Assembly: GCA_043750125.1 (NCBI GenBank)
Contig: JAYVCD010000031.1
Location: 1-51,615, forward strand
DNA length: 51,615 bases
Direction: 5' to 3'
From: Archangiaceae bacterium
Lineage (GTDB): Bacteria; Myxococcota; Myxococcia; Myxococcales; Myxococcaceae
Shown here: piece after piece, positions 38,725 to 48,700 of the stretch
Position numbering within the stretch: the first letter of the stretch is position 1
Layout of the letters: the number at the start of each line of letters is the position of its first letter
Program-made: the position numbers and the translations under genes
The notes under the pieces: model-generated
Told to the model about the DNA's origin: nothing
The model's database searches: none
What the model saw: the letters and a program-made list of their open reading frames with translations, nothing else

Positions 38725-39948
38725 ATGACGAAATATAAATTTTCCCGACGAAGTCTCCTGCAGGGTGCCGCGAGTATTGCTGGAGCCGCGGCGTTCGCTG
38801 GCCCGGGGGGAATCATTCCCTCGGCCTTCGGACAAACAGCGCCAAAGTCGGCTGTGCTCCTGGTGTATTTGCGAGGCGGCTACAACGCGCTGTTTTCGAA
38901 CGCCGACTCTTTTGCCCCCGCGGCGACGTTCGGAGTGACGGGCACCAATACCCGAAACCTCGGCGCCGGCCTGGTGGTCGACAACTCATCCTACGGGACC
39001 ATGCTCCCCGCAACGGCTCTGGCCCAAATGGCGTCCATCGGCGTCAACCACGGGATCTCGAGCCACGCTCCAGCACGGGAAGTCCAATGGTCCAACGGCA
39101 CCCGTGGGTACGCGCTGATGCTGGCCAATGCGATGGGGGGCTCTTCGGCGATCAAGTGCGCTCTCGTCGGTGGCTCCGCCCCTGACATTGCCCGGCCCGC
39201 CGAGAACGGCGTATCGATGCAGACCATCACCGACATGAGCTCGACCATCAACGCGCTGGGCGGGGGCATCGCCGACCCGACCATTCCGGACCGCGCCAAA
39301 GCTGCGGCCGCGCTCACCAACGCGCGGACGATGTCCGCCGCGCAGCTGACCACCAGCTCCGATTCGCTGGCGTCGGTGAAGAACGCCTACGACACTTCCA
39401 TCGCCGTGCTCCAGGGTGGGACGACCGTCGGGTTCGATGCCAACGCAGTCGCGACGGCTTACGGCCTGGCACCCTCTACCCGGGTGGTCAATTCGTTTAC
39501 CAGCCAGATGATGGCTGCCGAGTTGATGGTGCTCGCCGGTTCGAACGTCATCTGCGCGGTGTCGAACGCCGGCTGGGACACCCACGGGGACAGAACGGGA
39601 ACCGTGGCCCGGAACCTGATGAACCAGACCATCCTCCCCGGGCTGAAAGTCTTCACCCAGCGAATGATGGCTCAGGCCAACCTGAACATCACGATCGCGG
39701 TCTTCGGTGACTTCTCTCGCAGCCTTCCCGGCTCGGACCACGCTCGCCTGATTGGGACCACCGTCTGGGGCAGCAAGGTGAAGCTCGGAGTTTCAGGAAA
39801 AGTCGGGCCGACGGTCGGGATGCCGACTGCGAACCCCGCCGGTGAGGCCTACAGCGTTCCTGGCTTCTGGTCCTACCTGGCGGCCGTGTCGAAGTCGGCG
39901 GCCAATCCGTTCGGGGTCAACCCGCACGCGGCGATGGTTCTGCCGTAG
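38725..39948 (+). CDS. Tat-exported DUF1501-family protein
   Basis: SRRSLL twin-arginine signal, VYLRGGYNAL, GVNHG, GWDTHGD, VFGDFSRS, SDH. Confidence 0.85.
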   Translation: MTKYKFSRRSLLQGAASIAGAAAFAGPGGIIPSAFGQTAPKSAVLLVYLRGGYNALFSNADSFAPAATFGVTGTNTRNLGAGLVVDNSSYGTMLPATALAQMASIGVNHGISSHAPAREVQWSNGTRGYALMLANAMGGSSAIKCALVGGSAPDIARPAENGVSMQTITDMSSTINALGGGIADPTIPDRAKAAAALTNARTMSAAQLTTSSDSLASVKNAYDTSIAVLQGGTTVGFDANAVATAYGLAPSTRVVNSFTSQMMAAELMVLAGSNVICAVSNAGWDTHGDRTGTVARNLMNQTILPGLKVFTQRMMAQANLNITIAVFGDFSRSLPGSDHARLIGTTVWGSKVKLGVSGKVGPTVGMPTANPAGEAYSVPGFWSYLAAVSKSAANPFGVNPHAAMVLP

Positions 39949-39973
39949 CGCGAGACTCGCATCGAAATTTTCT

Positions 39974-40016
39974 CAGGCGGGCCGCGCTCTCGAGCGTTGG
40001 CCCGCTTGTTTTTTTG
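39974..40016 (+). terminator. Rho-independent terminator
   Basis: CAGGCGGGCC...GGCCCGCTTG stem followed by T7. Confidence 0.8.
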
Positions 40017-40022
40017 GGAAGG

Positions 40023-40425
40023 TCAGCCGCGAACGCGCTCGAGCAGCTTCTTCGCGAAGAGGTGCGCGTCGCCGAACTTTGCCCTGCAGGGCTTCGCTGC
40101 CCAGGTATTGCTTCATTCCCTGAGCGTGTCCTCCCGCGAGCACCAGCGCCTCGAAGCGGGTGACGTCCACCCCGCCCCACGAGACCGGCTGGCGGAATTC
40201 CGGAGAGGAAATCATCTCGGCGTACCAGGCCAGAGGCTCGCTGTGGGCGCCGAGCTTTCCGAACAACACTCCGGTCAAAAGCAGCGGATCTGCCGCGGCG
40301 GGCGTCCGGCCGAACTCGGTGACGAACGTGACCTCGTGACCTGCGCGGGTAAGCACTTTCCACGGGGCCGCCACTTCGGTCGCGTCGAAGTCGGCATCCG
40401 GAAGCGGAATCCAGATTCGAGCCAT
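40023..40425 (-). pseudogene. DJ-1/PfpI (class I GATase-like) protein with an internal deletion
   Basis: IPLPDADFDATEVAAPW...LVLAGGHAQGMKQYLGSEALQGKV is joined near 40075, out of frame, to the C-terminus GDAHLFAKKLLERVRG*. The catalytic AICHG region is missing. Confidence 0.75.
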
Positions 40426-40499
40426 CGCGCTTTTCAGAAGTCGAACGGCAACAGCCAGTTGGTCCCGTTGGACGTCCCGGTGCGGTACGAGAGGGGAGC

Positions 40500-40770
40500 G
40501 CCAATGCCCAGGGCCGCTATTCACCGTCCAGGAGATCTGCCCCGAGCCATCGACCGTCTCGAGCGGCACCGAAGCCCCTGCGGGAAGTGCGAGCTTCGCG
40601 GGCACGGCGCGGAACGCCGCCGACAGACTGACCCGGTACTGCAGCAGCGCCTCTTCACCGGTCGTGCTGTCGCGCACTTCGATCAAATCGAGCCCTTCGA
40701 GCGCGCCCGCGACGTACGCCCCGGTGGCGCTGATCGTGCCCCCGCTGGCCATCGCCATCGCGGTGAAGGC
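40500..40770 (-). pseudogene. Internal fragment of a large Ig-repeat surface protein
   Basis: SGGTISATGAYVAG...DLIEVRDSTTG...GSGQISWTVNSGPG beta-rich repeat, unrelated to its flanks. Confidence 0.45.
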
Positions 40771-40774
40771 CGCC

Positions 40775-41450
40775 GCCCGTTCGGCATTCAACGCCGGACT
40801 GTCGGTCGGCACGTCGGCGTAGGTGAACGACTTGTTGAGCGAGTTGCCCAGCACGGTCGCCATCTGGCTCTGCGCGTCTCGGTACTGCCCGACCAGCCCG
40901 CGGGTGTTGTACGCGTCGGCCTCGCAGGTGACCGACTGGCCCCGCAGGTTGACGAGCTGCTTCTCGATCTCGCTGTCGAGCTGAGTCGGGCTGGGTGACA
41001 GGGTGAGGATCAAATCGTTCGCCCGGCTGACCCGCAGCGCGTTCGCCGAGCCCGGGTAGCGGTCGTTGTAGCTCTCGATGCCGTTGGGCTCTTTGCCGGT
41101 GAGGAAGTACCGAAAGCCGACTTCGTGCGCGACGGTCGCCATGTTGATGCCGCGAATGACGCACATCTGGTCGTAGTGGTCCGCCAGCCGGCCAATCGCC
41201 GGGCCGAACTTGATGTTGCTCGGGCCCGCGCCCGCGCGTTCCGTCGGAGTGACGACCTGGGTCGGAAAGCTCGAGTCGTTCGCCAGCAGGCTGTAGCCGG
41301 CAAGGATCCGCGTCTCGGCCACCCGGTCGGGAGTGAAGACGTTGGGATCCCGCGGGTCGAGCGAGAGCAGCACGTCCCACCCACCGCTGAAATAAAGGAA
41401 CACGAAGCAGCGATCAGCCGGAGCCAGGCCGGCGCCGACCCGTCGCATGT
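40775..41450 (-). pseudogene. Fragmented second DUF1501-family gene
   Basis: CFVFLYFSGGWDVLLSLDPRDP...VIRGINMATVAHEVG; lacks the Tat signal and the C-terminal WDTH/EFxR motifs. Confidence 0.7.
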
Positions 41451-41744
41451 CACAAAAGTTGAGGTACTTGTCCTCGAGCAGACCGGCAGTCACCGCCTGC
41501 GCGCAGCTGGTCGCGCCGGTGCCCCTGAAGGTCAGCGTGGATTACGACGCCACCCTCTTCTCGTGCGCCGCTTTGAGCGCCCCGTCCCCCCGTTTCCGAT
41601 CGCCATGCTCGGGCCATCAGAAATCAGGCGAGCAGCGCGGGTGACCATGGGGAACCCTACCAGTCGCGGGTAGCGCCGGCCGGCTCAGTCAGTGACCGGA
41701 ACGCCGAAGTGACACCGGTGAGTAGGAAGGGAAGTGAAAGCGCC

Positions 41745-41945
41745 TTACGAACGCCAGTGTCGCCGCGGCGATTCGGCCGGCGGTTGGGCCAGCGCGCCGG
41801 ACCTGCAGCAGGCCACGTCGAGGAACGTCGTCTTTTCCCCAGTGAGCACCGCTCGGAGCGCCTTGACCGCACATCGGGTTCCGAACTCCCGCCAGATGAG
41901 CGGAAGATTCTTCAGAACGTCTTTGCCTGTGATGACTCCCTGCAT
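41745..41945 (-). CDS. Small hypothetical protein (66 aa)
   Basis: GGAG RBS; MQGVITGKDVLKNLPLIWREFGTRCAVKALRAVLTGEKTTFLDVACC; divergent from xdhC. Confidence 0.55.
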   Translation of the reverse strand: MQGVITGKDVLKNLPLIWREFGTRCAVKALRAVLTGEKTTFLDVACCRSGALAQPPAESPRRHWRS

Positions 41946-42021
41946 TCTCAGTACTCCCGAGCGCGAAGATTTTGCGCTTTTGCTCCGGTTACTGATGAAA
42001 GGCAAGCTGGCCACGCAAACC

Positions 42022-42789
42022 ATGCAGCTCTACAGCGACATCGCTCGGTTGACGGAAGAAGGCCGGGCCTTCGTGCTCGCGACTGTGGTCGACACCCAGG
42101 GCAGCACGCCCCAGAAGCCGGGCTCGAAGATGCTGGTGCTCGAGCAGGGGCAGACCTGCGGCACGGTGGGGGGAGGGGCGATCGAAAAGCAGATCATCGA
42201 TGCCGCTCTCGAGCTGCTGGCGTCTGCCGATGCGCAGACCCAGATCATCGAGACCCACCTGACCCACGACCTGGGGATGTGCTGCGGCGGTAAAATGCGG
42301 GTCTTTCTCGAGAAGCACGCCGCAGCCGCGCGGCTGTTCGTGTTCGGGGCCGGGCACGTCGCGCGCGAGTTGGCCGCTCTGGCCCACCACGTCGGCTTCA
42401 AAGTGGAAGTCGTCGACGAGCGCCCCGAGTGGGCCCAGCGCGAGCGCTTTGCAGAGGTCAAGCTCACCGTGCGTTCGCCGTCAGACGTGGCGCGGGAGCT
42501 GCCCGGCGGACCGGACTGCTACTTCTGCATCACCACCCATGATCATCCGCTCGACCAGGCGTGCCTCGAGGCGCTGCTGCGAAAGCCGTCGGCGTACCTG
42601 GGAGTCATTGGCAGCCGCCGCAAAGCCGAGCGCTTCAAGCTGCGGCTGCGGGCGGCGGGCTTCACCGAGACCGAGCTGGACCGGGTGAAGAGCCCGATGG
42701 GAGTTCCGATTCACGCCCTGACGCCCGCCGAAATTGCAGTGAGCATCGTCGGCGAGCTGATCTCGGCTCGCCGGGAACGAACCCGATGA
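42022..42789 (+). CDS. xdhC: Xanthine dehydrogenase accessory (Moco chaperone) protein
   Basis: GSTPQKPGSKM, GTVGGGAIE, LGMCCGG, FGAGHV, THDHPLD, YLGVIGSRRK, PAEIAVSI. Confidence 0.9.
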   Translation: MQLYSDIARLTEEGRAFVLATVVDTQGSTPQKPGSKMLVLEQGQTCGTVGGGAIEKQIIDAALELLASADAQTQIIETHLTHDLGMCCGGKMRVFLEKHAAAARLFVFGAGHVARELAALAHHVGFKVEVVDERPEWAQRERFAEVKLTVRSPSDVARELPGGPDCYFCITTHDHPLDQACLEALLRKPSAYLGVIGSRRKAERFKLRLRAAGFTETELDRVKSPMGVPIHALTPAEIAVSIVGELISARRERTR

Positions 42790-42792
42790 ACC

Positions 42793-43725
42793 TCAGTCGG
42801 GCGAAGAGCGGTGGGATTGCGAGCTTTCGTTCTTCGCTGCCGACGCGTGGGTGGGAAAGCGCTCGACGTTGGCCAGCCAGGCCGCCGCGTTCTTCACGTA
42901 CCGCCCGGTGCCCGCGGTGTCCCACTTGTTGTACAGGCGGGTGAAGCCCCCGTCGAAGATGAGGCGCTTGCCTCCTTGATCATAGAAGGCGGCGACGAGG
43001 TTGTTGGCTGAGCCGTAGATCAGCGGCGTGAGCGCCGGGTTCGAGCTGAGGGTGGCGATGGTAATTCCCTCGTAGATGTACTCGAGCCCGGTGGTGAGCA
43101 GGTGGTGGCGAAGGACTCCCGCTTTGCCCGGTTCCTTCTGCAACCCCACGGTCTGATCGCCCACCACGTCTCCGTGCATCGTCACGCCCAGCAGCGCCTG
43201 GCCCACCGCGTTGGCATCGGCGTAGTACGGCTCGTTGTCGCCCCACACGTAGACCCCGTGGCCGGCCTCGAAGAACTTCTTGATCAGCGCGAGGTGCTTC
43301 TCGTTCAGGTGCCGGGTCGAGTCGGCGATGATCCACAACTGGCTCGCCTTCTTCAGTCCCGCCTCGAGCTCGTCGGGCGTGGGGGCCTGGTTCCAGCGGT
43401 AGACCGAGAAGCCCTTCCCTTTGAGCGCAGCCTTCGGAAGATCAAAAGGAAAGGCGTAGAGCTGAATGACGGCAACCGTCTCACCCTCGAACGCCCCATC
43501 GACTGCGAGGTCGAACTGATTTCCCTGGGCGTTCCCGTACCGGTCTTTGCTCGCTGCTGTCTCGATGATCCGCTCGGTGACCTTTCCGGTTTTGGCGTCG
43601 ACCTGCTTCTCGACCGATTGAACAGTCGGAGCGTTGCGGCCGGCAGATTGGGAATACTGCGCGAAGGCAGGCATGCCGATGAGAACGAGGCATGCGGCCC
43701 ATAACGACGGTTGACTTGGTTTCAT
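42793..43725 (-). CDS. Secreted hypothetical protein, possible class I GATase-like fold
   Basis: Signal ...PAFA; SQLWII, GHGVYVWGDN, RLIFDGGFTRL, RYVKNAAAWL. Confidence 0.7.
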   Translation of the reverse strand: MKPSQPSLWAACLVLIGMPAFAQYSQSAGRNAPTVQSVEKQVDAKTGKVTERIIETAASKDRYGNAQGNQFDLAVDGAFEGETVAVIQLYAFPFDLPKAALKGKGFSVYRWNQAPTPDELEAGLKKASQLWIIADSTRHLNEKHLALIKKFFEAGHGVYVWGDNEPYYADANAVGQALLGVTMHGDVVGDQTVGLQKEPGKAGVLRHHLLTTGLEYIYEGITIATLSSNPALTPLIYGSANNLVAAFYDQGGKRLIFDGGFTRLYNKWDTAGTGRYVKNAAAWLANVERFPTHASAAKNESSQSHRSSPD

Positions 43726-43781
43726 GGTGCGGCGCCAAACGCGCTGACTGCAGAATCGATCTGGGCCTATAGACCCCAGCC

Positions 43782-44324
43782 ATGAATGGCCCCGACTCGG
43801 ACAAGCGGTTCTTCGTCTTCAACGCGGTGCTCTCGACCGCAGCGTTGGGCCTGCTTGCCTGGCTGTTGCTGATTCGAGGGGGCTCGGCCAACACGGGGCA
43901 GAATCTGAGCTTCATGCCGGCGGTGAACGCCTGCCTCAACGCGACCTCGAGCGTGCTGCTGCTGTGCGGCTACGTCGCGGTGAAGCGCGGCAATTCACGC
44001 ATTCACCGCTACTTCATGGTGTCGGCGGTCGCATCGTCGGCGCTGTTTCTCGTGGGGTACGTGGCGTACCACTTCGTCCACGGGGACACGAAGTTCGGCG
44101 GGGGGGGTGCGATTCGCACCGTGTACCTGAGCATCCTCATCACCCACGTGTTGCTGTCGATCGCCGTGGTCCCGATGGTGCTGACCGCGCTCTATTTTGC
44201 TGCACGCAGACAGTTCGTTCGCCACACCAAAGTGACGCGGATCCTCTTTCCCATCTGGCTCTACGTCTCGGTGACGGGAGTGGTCATCTACTTCATGCTT
44301 CGCGGACACCCCACCGCCTCGTGA
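43782..44324 (+). CDS. DUF420 (YozB-like) membrane protein
   Basis: PAVNACLNATS, HRYFM, FLVGY, YLSILITHVLL, PIWLYVSVTGVVIYFM. Confidence 0.88.
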   Translation: MNGPDSDKRFFVFNAVLSTAALGLLAWLLLIRGGSANTGQNLSFMPAVNACLNATSSVLLLCGYVAVKRGNSRIHRYFMVSAVASSALFLVGYVAYHFVHGDTKFGGGGAIRTVYLSILITHVLLSIAVVPMVLTALYFAARRQFVRHTKVTRILFPIWLYVSVTGVVIYFMLRGHPTAS

Positions 44325-44346
44325 AGCGACGTAGCTTCGCGTTCCT

Positions 44347-45321
44347 ATGCGAGCCGTCCGTTGCCACCAGCTGATTGGTCCCAAAGGTCTTCGCGTCGAT
44401 GACCTCGAAAATCCGACTGCCTCGGAAGGCGAGGTGTTGATCGACGTCCACGCCGCCGGGGTGAACTTCCCCGAGGTGTTGCTGACGTACGGGAAGTACC
44501 AGTTCAAGCCCGAGCCTCCCTTCATTCCCGGAGGCGAAGCGGCCGGCGTGGTGAGCGGCGTCGGGGCGAACGTCAGCAGCCTGAAGGTCGGAGATCGCGT
44601 CGCGGCCACGATGATCAACGGCGCCTTCGCAGAGAAGATCGTCGTCTCGGAGCTCGCGGCGGTGAAGCTGCCCGACGCGGTCGACTTCCAGGTCGCGGCC
44701 GTCACGTTGCTGACCTACGCGACGACGTACCACGCGCTCGTCGACCGGGCGCAGCTGAAGGCCGGCGAGACGCTGCTGGTGCTCGGCGCGGGTGGAGGAG
44801 TGGGGGTCGCTGCGATTCAGCTGGGCAAGCTGCTTGGCGCGAAGGTGATCGCCGCCGCGTCGACTCCGGAAAAGATCGCGTTCTGCAAGCAGATGGGCGC
44901 GGACGATGGCGTTTGCTACGGCACCGAAGATTTGAAGGAACGGGTGAAGGCCCTGACCCTGGGCGAAGGCGCGAACGTCATCTACGACCCGGTCGGAGGG
45001 CGCTACTCAGAGCCCGCGCTGAGGTCGATCGCCTGGGAAGGCCGGTTCCTAGTGGTCGGTTTCGCCGCCGGCGACATTCCGAAGATTCCGCTCAACCTCG
45101 CGCTGCTCAAGGGCTGTCAAATCGTCGGGGTCTTCTGGGGCGCCTTCGCGATGCGAGAGCCGCTGCGACAGCGCGCCAACGCCGACAAGATTCTCGCCTG
45201 GGTTGCGGAAGGGAAGCTCAAGCCCCACGTCGATGCGAGCCTTCCGTTCGACCGCGCGGCCGAGGCGTTGGAACGGCTCGAGAAACGGCAGGTGCTGGGC
45301 AAGCTGGTCCTCGTCCCCTGA
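44347..45321 (+). CDS. NADPH:quinone oxidoreductase (MDR superfamily)
   Basis: AGVNFPE, PFIPGGEAAG, LGAGGGVG, YDPVGG, VGFAAG, GKLVL. Confidence 0.92.
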   Translation: MRAVRCHQLIGPKGLRVDDLENPTASEGEVLIDVHAAGVNFPEVLLTYGKYQFKPEPPFIPGGEAAGVVSGVGANVSSLKVGDRVAATMINGAFAEKIVVSELAAVKLPDAVDFQVAAVTLLTYATTYHALVDRAQLKAGETLLVLGAGGGVGVAAIQLGKLLGAKVIAAASTPEKIAFCKQMGADDGVCYGTEDLKERVKALTLGEGANVIYDPVGGRYSEPALRSIAWEGRFLVVGFAAGDIPKIPLNLALLKGCQIVGVFWGAFAMREPLRQRANADKILAWVAEGKLKPHVDASLPFDRAAEALERLEKRQVLGKLVLVP

Positions 45322-45359
45322 GGGTGGCGCAGGCGCGTTCAGCGGAATACCATCGTGGT

Positions 45360-45589
45360 ATGAAAGTGAAGACCTCAGTCACACTCGAACGAAGCATCGC
45401 GCAACAGCTCGATCGGGTGGTGGGACGGGGGGCAGCCGCTCGGCGATGATCGAATTGGCGGTGCGCGAATTTCTCGAACGGCGCCTTCGCGTGTCACGCG
45501 ATGCAAAAGATCTCGCGCTGCTCAACCGCCACGCCGATCGCCTCAATCGAGAAGCCACCGACGTACTCGGATACCAGGTCGACACCTGA
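45360..45589 (+). pseudogene. Ribbon-helix-helix antitoxin, frameshifted in a G-run near 45428-45433
   Basis: [24 protein letters not shown] continues in another frame as [15 protein letters not shown]...[19 protein letters not shown]; one extra G restores a 76-aa protein. Confidence 0.8.
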
Positions 45590-45775
45590 AGCGCGGTGAG
45601 CTGTACAGAGTTCAAAAGCCAGGTCGTGACCCGAAGCGCTCCCGGGTGTTCGTGGTTGTGAGTCGCCAGGTGCTGGTCAATCACCGATTTCGTGGGTTCG
45701 CTTGGTTGGACGAAGCTCGAGGCGCTCAAGCCCGCGCTTGCAATCGCCCTGGATCTCGAAGCGCCTGAGGGTTGA
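45586..45775 (+). pseudogene. MazF/PemK toxin with an internal deletion
   Basis: LKRGELYRV...[14 protein letters not shown] is joined near 45681, out of frame, to TDFVGSL...[14 protein letters not shown]; about half the gene is missing. Confidence 0.8.
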
Positions 45776-45778
45776 GCC

Positions 45779-48700
45779 TCACACCGCGATCGAAGCATCG
45801 TCGGCGACGCTCGCCAGCGGAATGCCATCGACGTAGGTGACGTAGCGCCCCATCACCGCAGACACGCGGGGACCTGGGGTGACGACCCCAGTGAGGTTCA
45901 GCGGGTCCACCGCCGAGAGATGAACCACGTGCCCGGTGAACGGAGCGCGGCGGGTTGCGCGGGCCGCTTCGACTGCCTCGGGCAAGGCGAATTGCTCGCC
46001 GGCGAAGCCGTTGAGGAAGCGCCCGCCGCGGATCTCTCCCCTTCCCTCGAGCCGGCGGTAGAGGGGCAGCAGCTCACGCCACGGGGGGGCGAGGTTTTCC
46101 CGCGCGACCAGATCTCGAAAGACGATTCCGTAGCGCTGCAAGAAAAGCCGGGCGAGTTTTTCCATCCGTTCGGCTTCATCGATCGGCTCGGTGGGAGCGA
46201 GCAGCGACCACCGCCCGGGACCTCCCCGCTGCAGCGCGCGCTGACGACGGCGCAGCTTCGGGGACTGCAGCACCCGCAGGTTCTGCACCGCGTCAGCGGT
46301 GACCAGGCCACGGGCGAGCAGCTCCCACAGTGCGTCCTCCACTTCCGAGGGCAACCGCCGCGAGCTCGACTGCAGCTCGGAAAAGAAGCTGGCTCCCCGG
46401 CGCTCGAGCGCCTGAGCGATGTCGCGCGCGATGGGTGAGAGCTCCTCGGGCAACCCGCGGGGACCATCGGCGAGCAATGCCCGGGGCCGCGCCGCTTGCA
46501 GCAGCCACTCGAGCTCGCTGCGACGCACGAAGGTGAGGCTCGCATTGCGCCCCGCCACCGGCGTTCGCTTCGCAGGCTCGGGCGGCGCCGGAGGCGGCAC
46601 GTTCCCATCGCCGCGACGGGGGCCCACCACCGGCCGGGTGTCCTTCATCGTCAGTCGGCCCCACGCGATTTCCCCGTTCCACGACAGCTGCTCCAGCCAC
46701 TCGCCGACGTATTGCTTCATTCGGGTGGGAATCAGCTCGAGCTCCCACGCGGCAGCGGGCGCCTCGTAGCCCTGGAGCAACGAGACGACCTTCAACACCC
46801 CCATCGTCCCGCGCAGCTGCGACTCCGAGCCGATGTGGTGCCACCGGAAAAGAAAACGCATGAAGTCCTGGGCGGACAGCGGCTCGATTTCCCGCCGCAA
46901 CCTTCCCAGGGTCATCCGGTGAATGCGCTGCAGCAGGCGGCGATCACACCACTCCACCGGCGCGCCGACCGGCCGACCGGGGTGAAACCGGCCCTGCAGC
47001 ACCTGCCCCACCTGCTCGAGCTTCGCGAGCCCGACTTCGGTCGTGCCGGGGCTCAGTCCCAGCAGTCCGGCGACCTCGAGCGCCGTGGTGGGCCCGAGAA
47101 TCTCCATCCACCCGCGAACGACCGAGCGGGCGGCGAGCTCTTCTTCCACCGGGCCATCGCCGGGCAAGGCGACCAACGTCAGCTCGGCTGAAGGAAACAA
47201 GGCGCGCATCAGCGGCACCCTTTCGGCGGCATAGGCGAGGGTGCGACCGTTGACCTGGGTCACTGCGGCGCGGCGATCTTCAATCAACCCCGCGAGCCAG
47301 TCGGCTCGAACCAGCGGCATCACCGCTTCGGGGACGTCGAGCGGAAGGAAACCCAACTGCAGCAGCGCGTCGTGCAGCTCTTCGGGCTCGCGCAGGTCCG
47401 GGCGGGCGTCGGCGATGGTCTGGGAAATCGCCGCCGCATCGAGCGCGCCCAGGTTCGCGGCGTCGGCTGGAGGCAGCGTGCGACGAACCGACACCGCCCG
47501 GGCCCGCCGTTCTTCCAGCGGCGCTTCGTCGAGGTAGGTGTACGGCGCCGAGTTGAGCATCGCGTGGGCGAAGACGCTGGGCTCGGGAAGATCGACGGCG
47601 ACTTTGGAAATCTTCCCTTCCTTCATCGCGGTGAGCACCGCCTTCAGACCATCGACATCCATCGCGTCGCGCAGGCAGTCTTTGAGCGTCTCGTTGACCA
47701 GGGGGTGATCGGGAGGCTCGATCTCTTTTCCAGCGTGGTTGTCGGCGCAGCCGACCTGCTCGGGGAAGACCGAGGCCATCAAGTCTTCGGATCGCGCCCG
47801 CTGAATCGGCGGAGGGACCCGCTTCCCCGACGACATCCGCGAGAGCGCCAGCGCCCGCGAAGACGTCCAACGAAACCGGGTTCCGAAGATCGGCGCCTGC
47901 AGCACCGCCTGGGTCAGCACCTGCTCGCAGGTATTGGGGTGGACGAAGTCGAAGATGTCCGCGAGCGGGAAGCTGTGTTGCTCGCCCAGCGACAAGATCA
48001 ACCCATCGTCGGTGGCGGCGGCCTGCAGCTCGAAATCGAAGGCGCGGCAGAAGCTCTTTCGCAGCGCGAGGCCCCAGGCGCGATTGATCCGCCCTCCGAA
48101 AGGAGAATGAATGATGAGCTGCATTCCTCCGGCGTCATCGAAGAAGCGTTCGGCGTACAGCGTGTCGAGGGTGGGCACGCCGCCGAGCGCCGCGGCTCCG
48201 GCGCGCAGGTACCGCACCAGCAAGCCCGCGGCGTAGGCGGGCAGCTTCAGCGTTCCTTCCAGCCAGGCGTGGGCGTCTTCCTTTTCGACGACGTCTTTGC
48301 GCAGCCGCGCCACTTCGGCCGACAGCTCGTCGGTGCGGGCCGGGGCTTCTCCCCGCCAGAAGGGAACATTGGGGGGCTGCCCGTGGGCGTTCTCGACCCG
48401 AACGGCCCCATCGAAGATTCGGCGAATTCGCCAGCTGGTCGAGCCGAGCACGAAGACATCGCCGGCCGACGACTCGACGGCGAAGTCCTCGTCCAGGGTG
48501 CCCACCTGTTTCTCGTCGGGCTCGGCGATCACCTGGTAGCTGAAGGTGTCGGGGATGGCGCCTCCGTTCTGAACGGCTGCGAGTCGAGCGCCTTTGCGCG
48601 GACGCAGAAAGCCATTCACCCGATCGCGGTGCAGGTGGACTCGAGAACGGCCGCGGCTGGTGGACACTCCTTCGGACAGCAGGTGGAGCACCTTCTCGTA

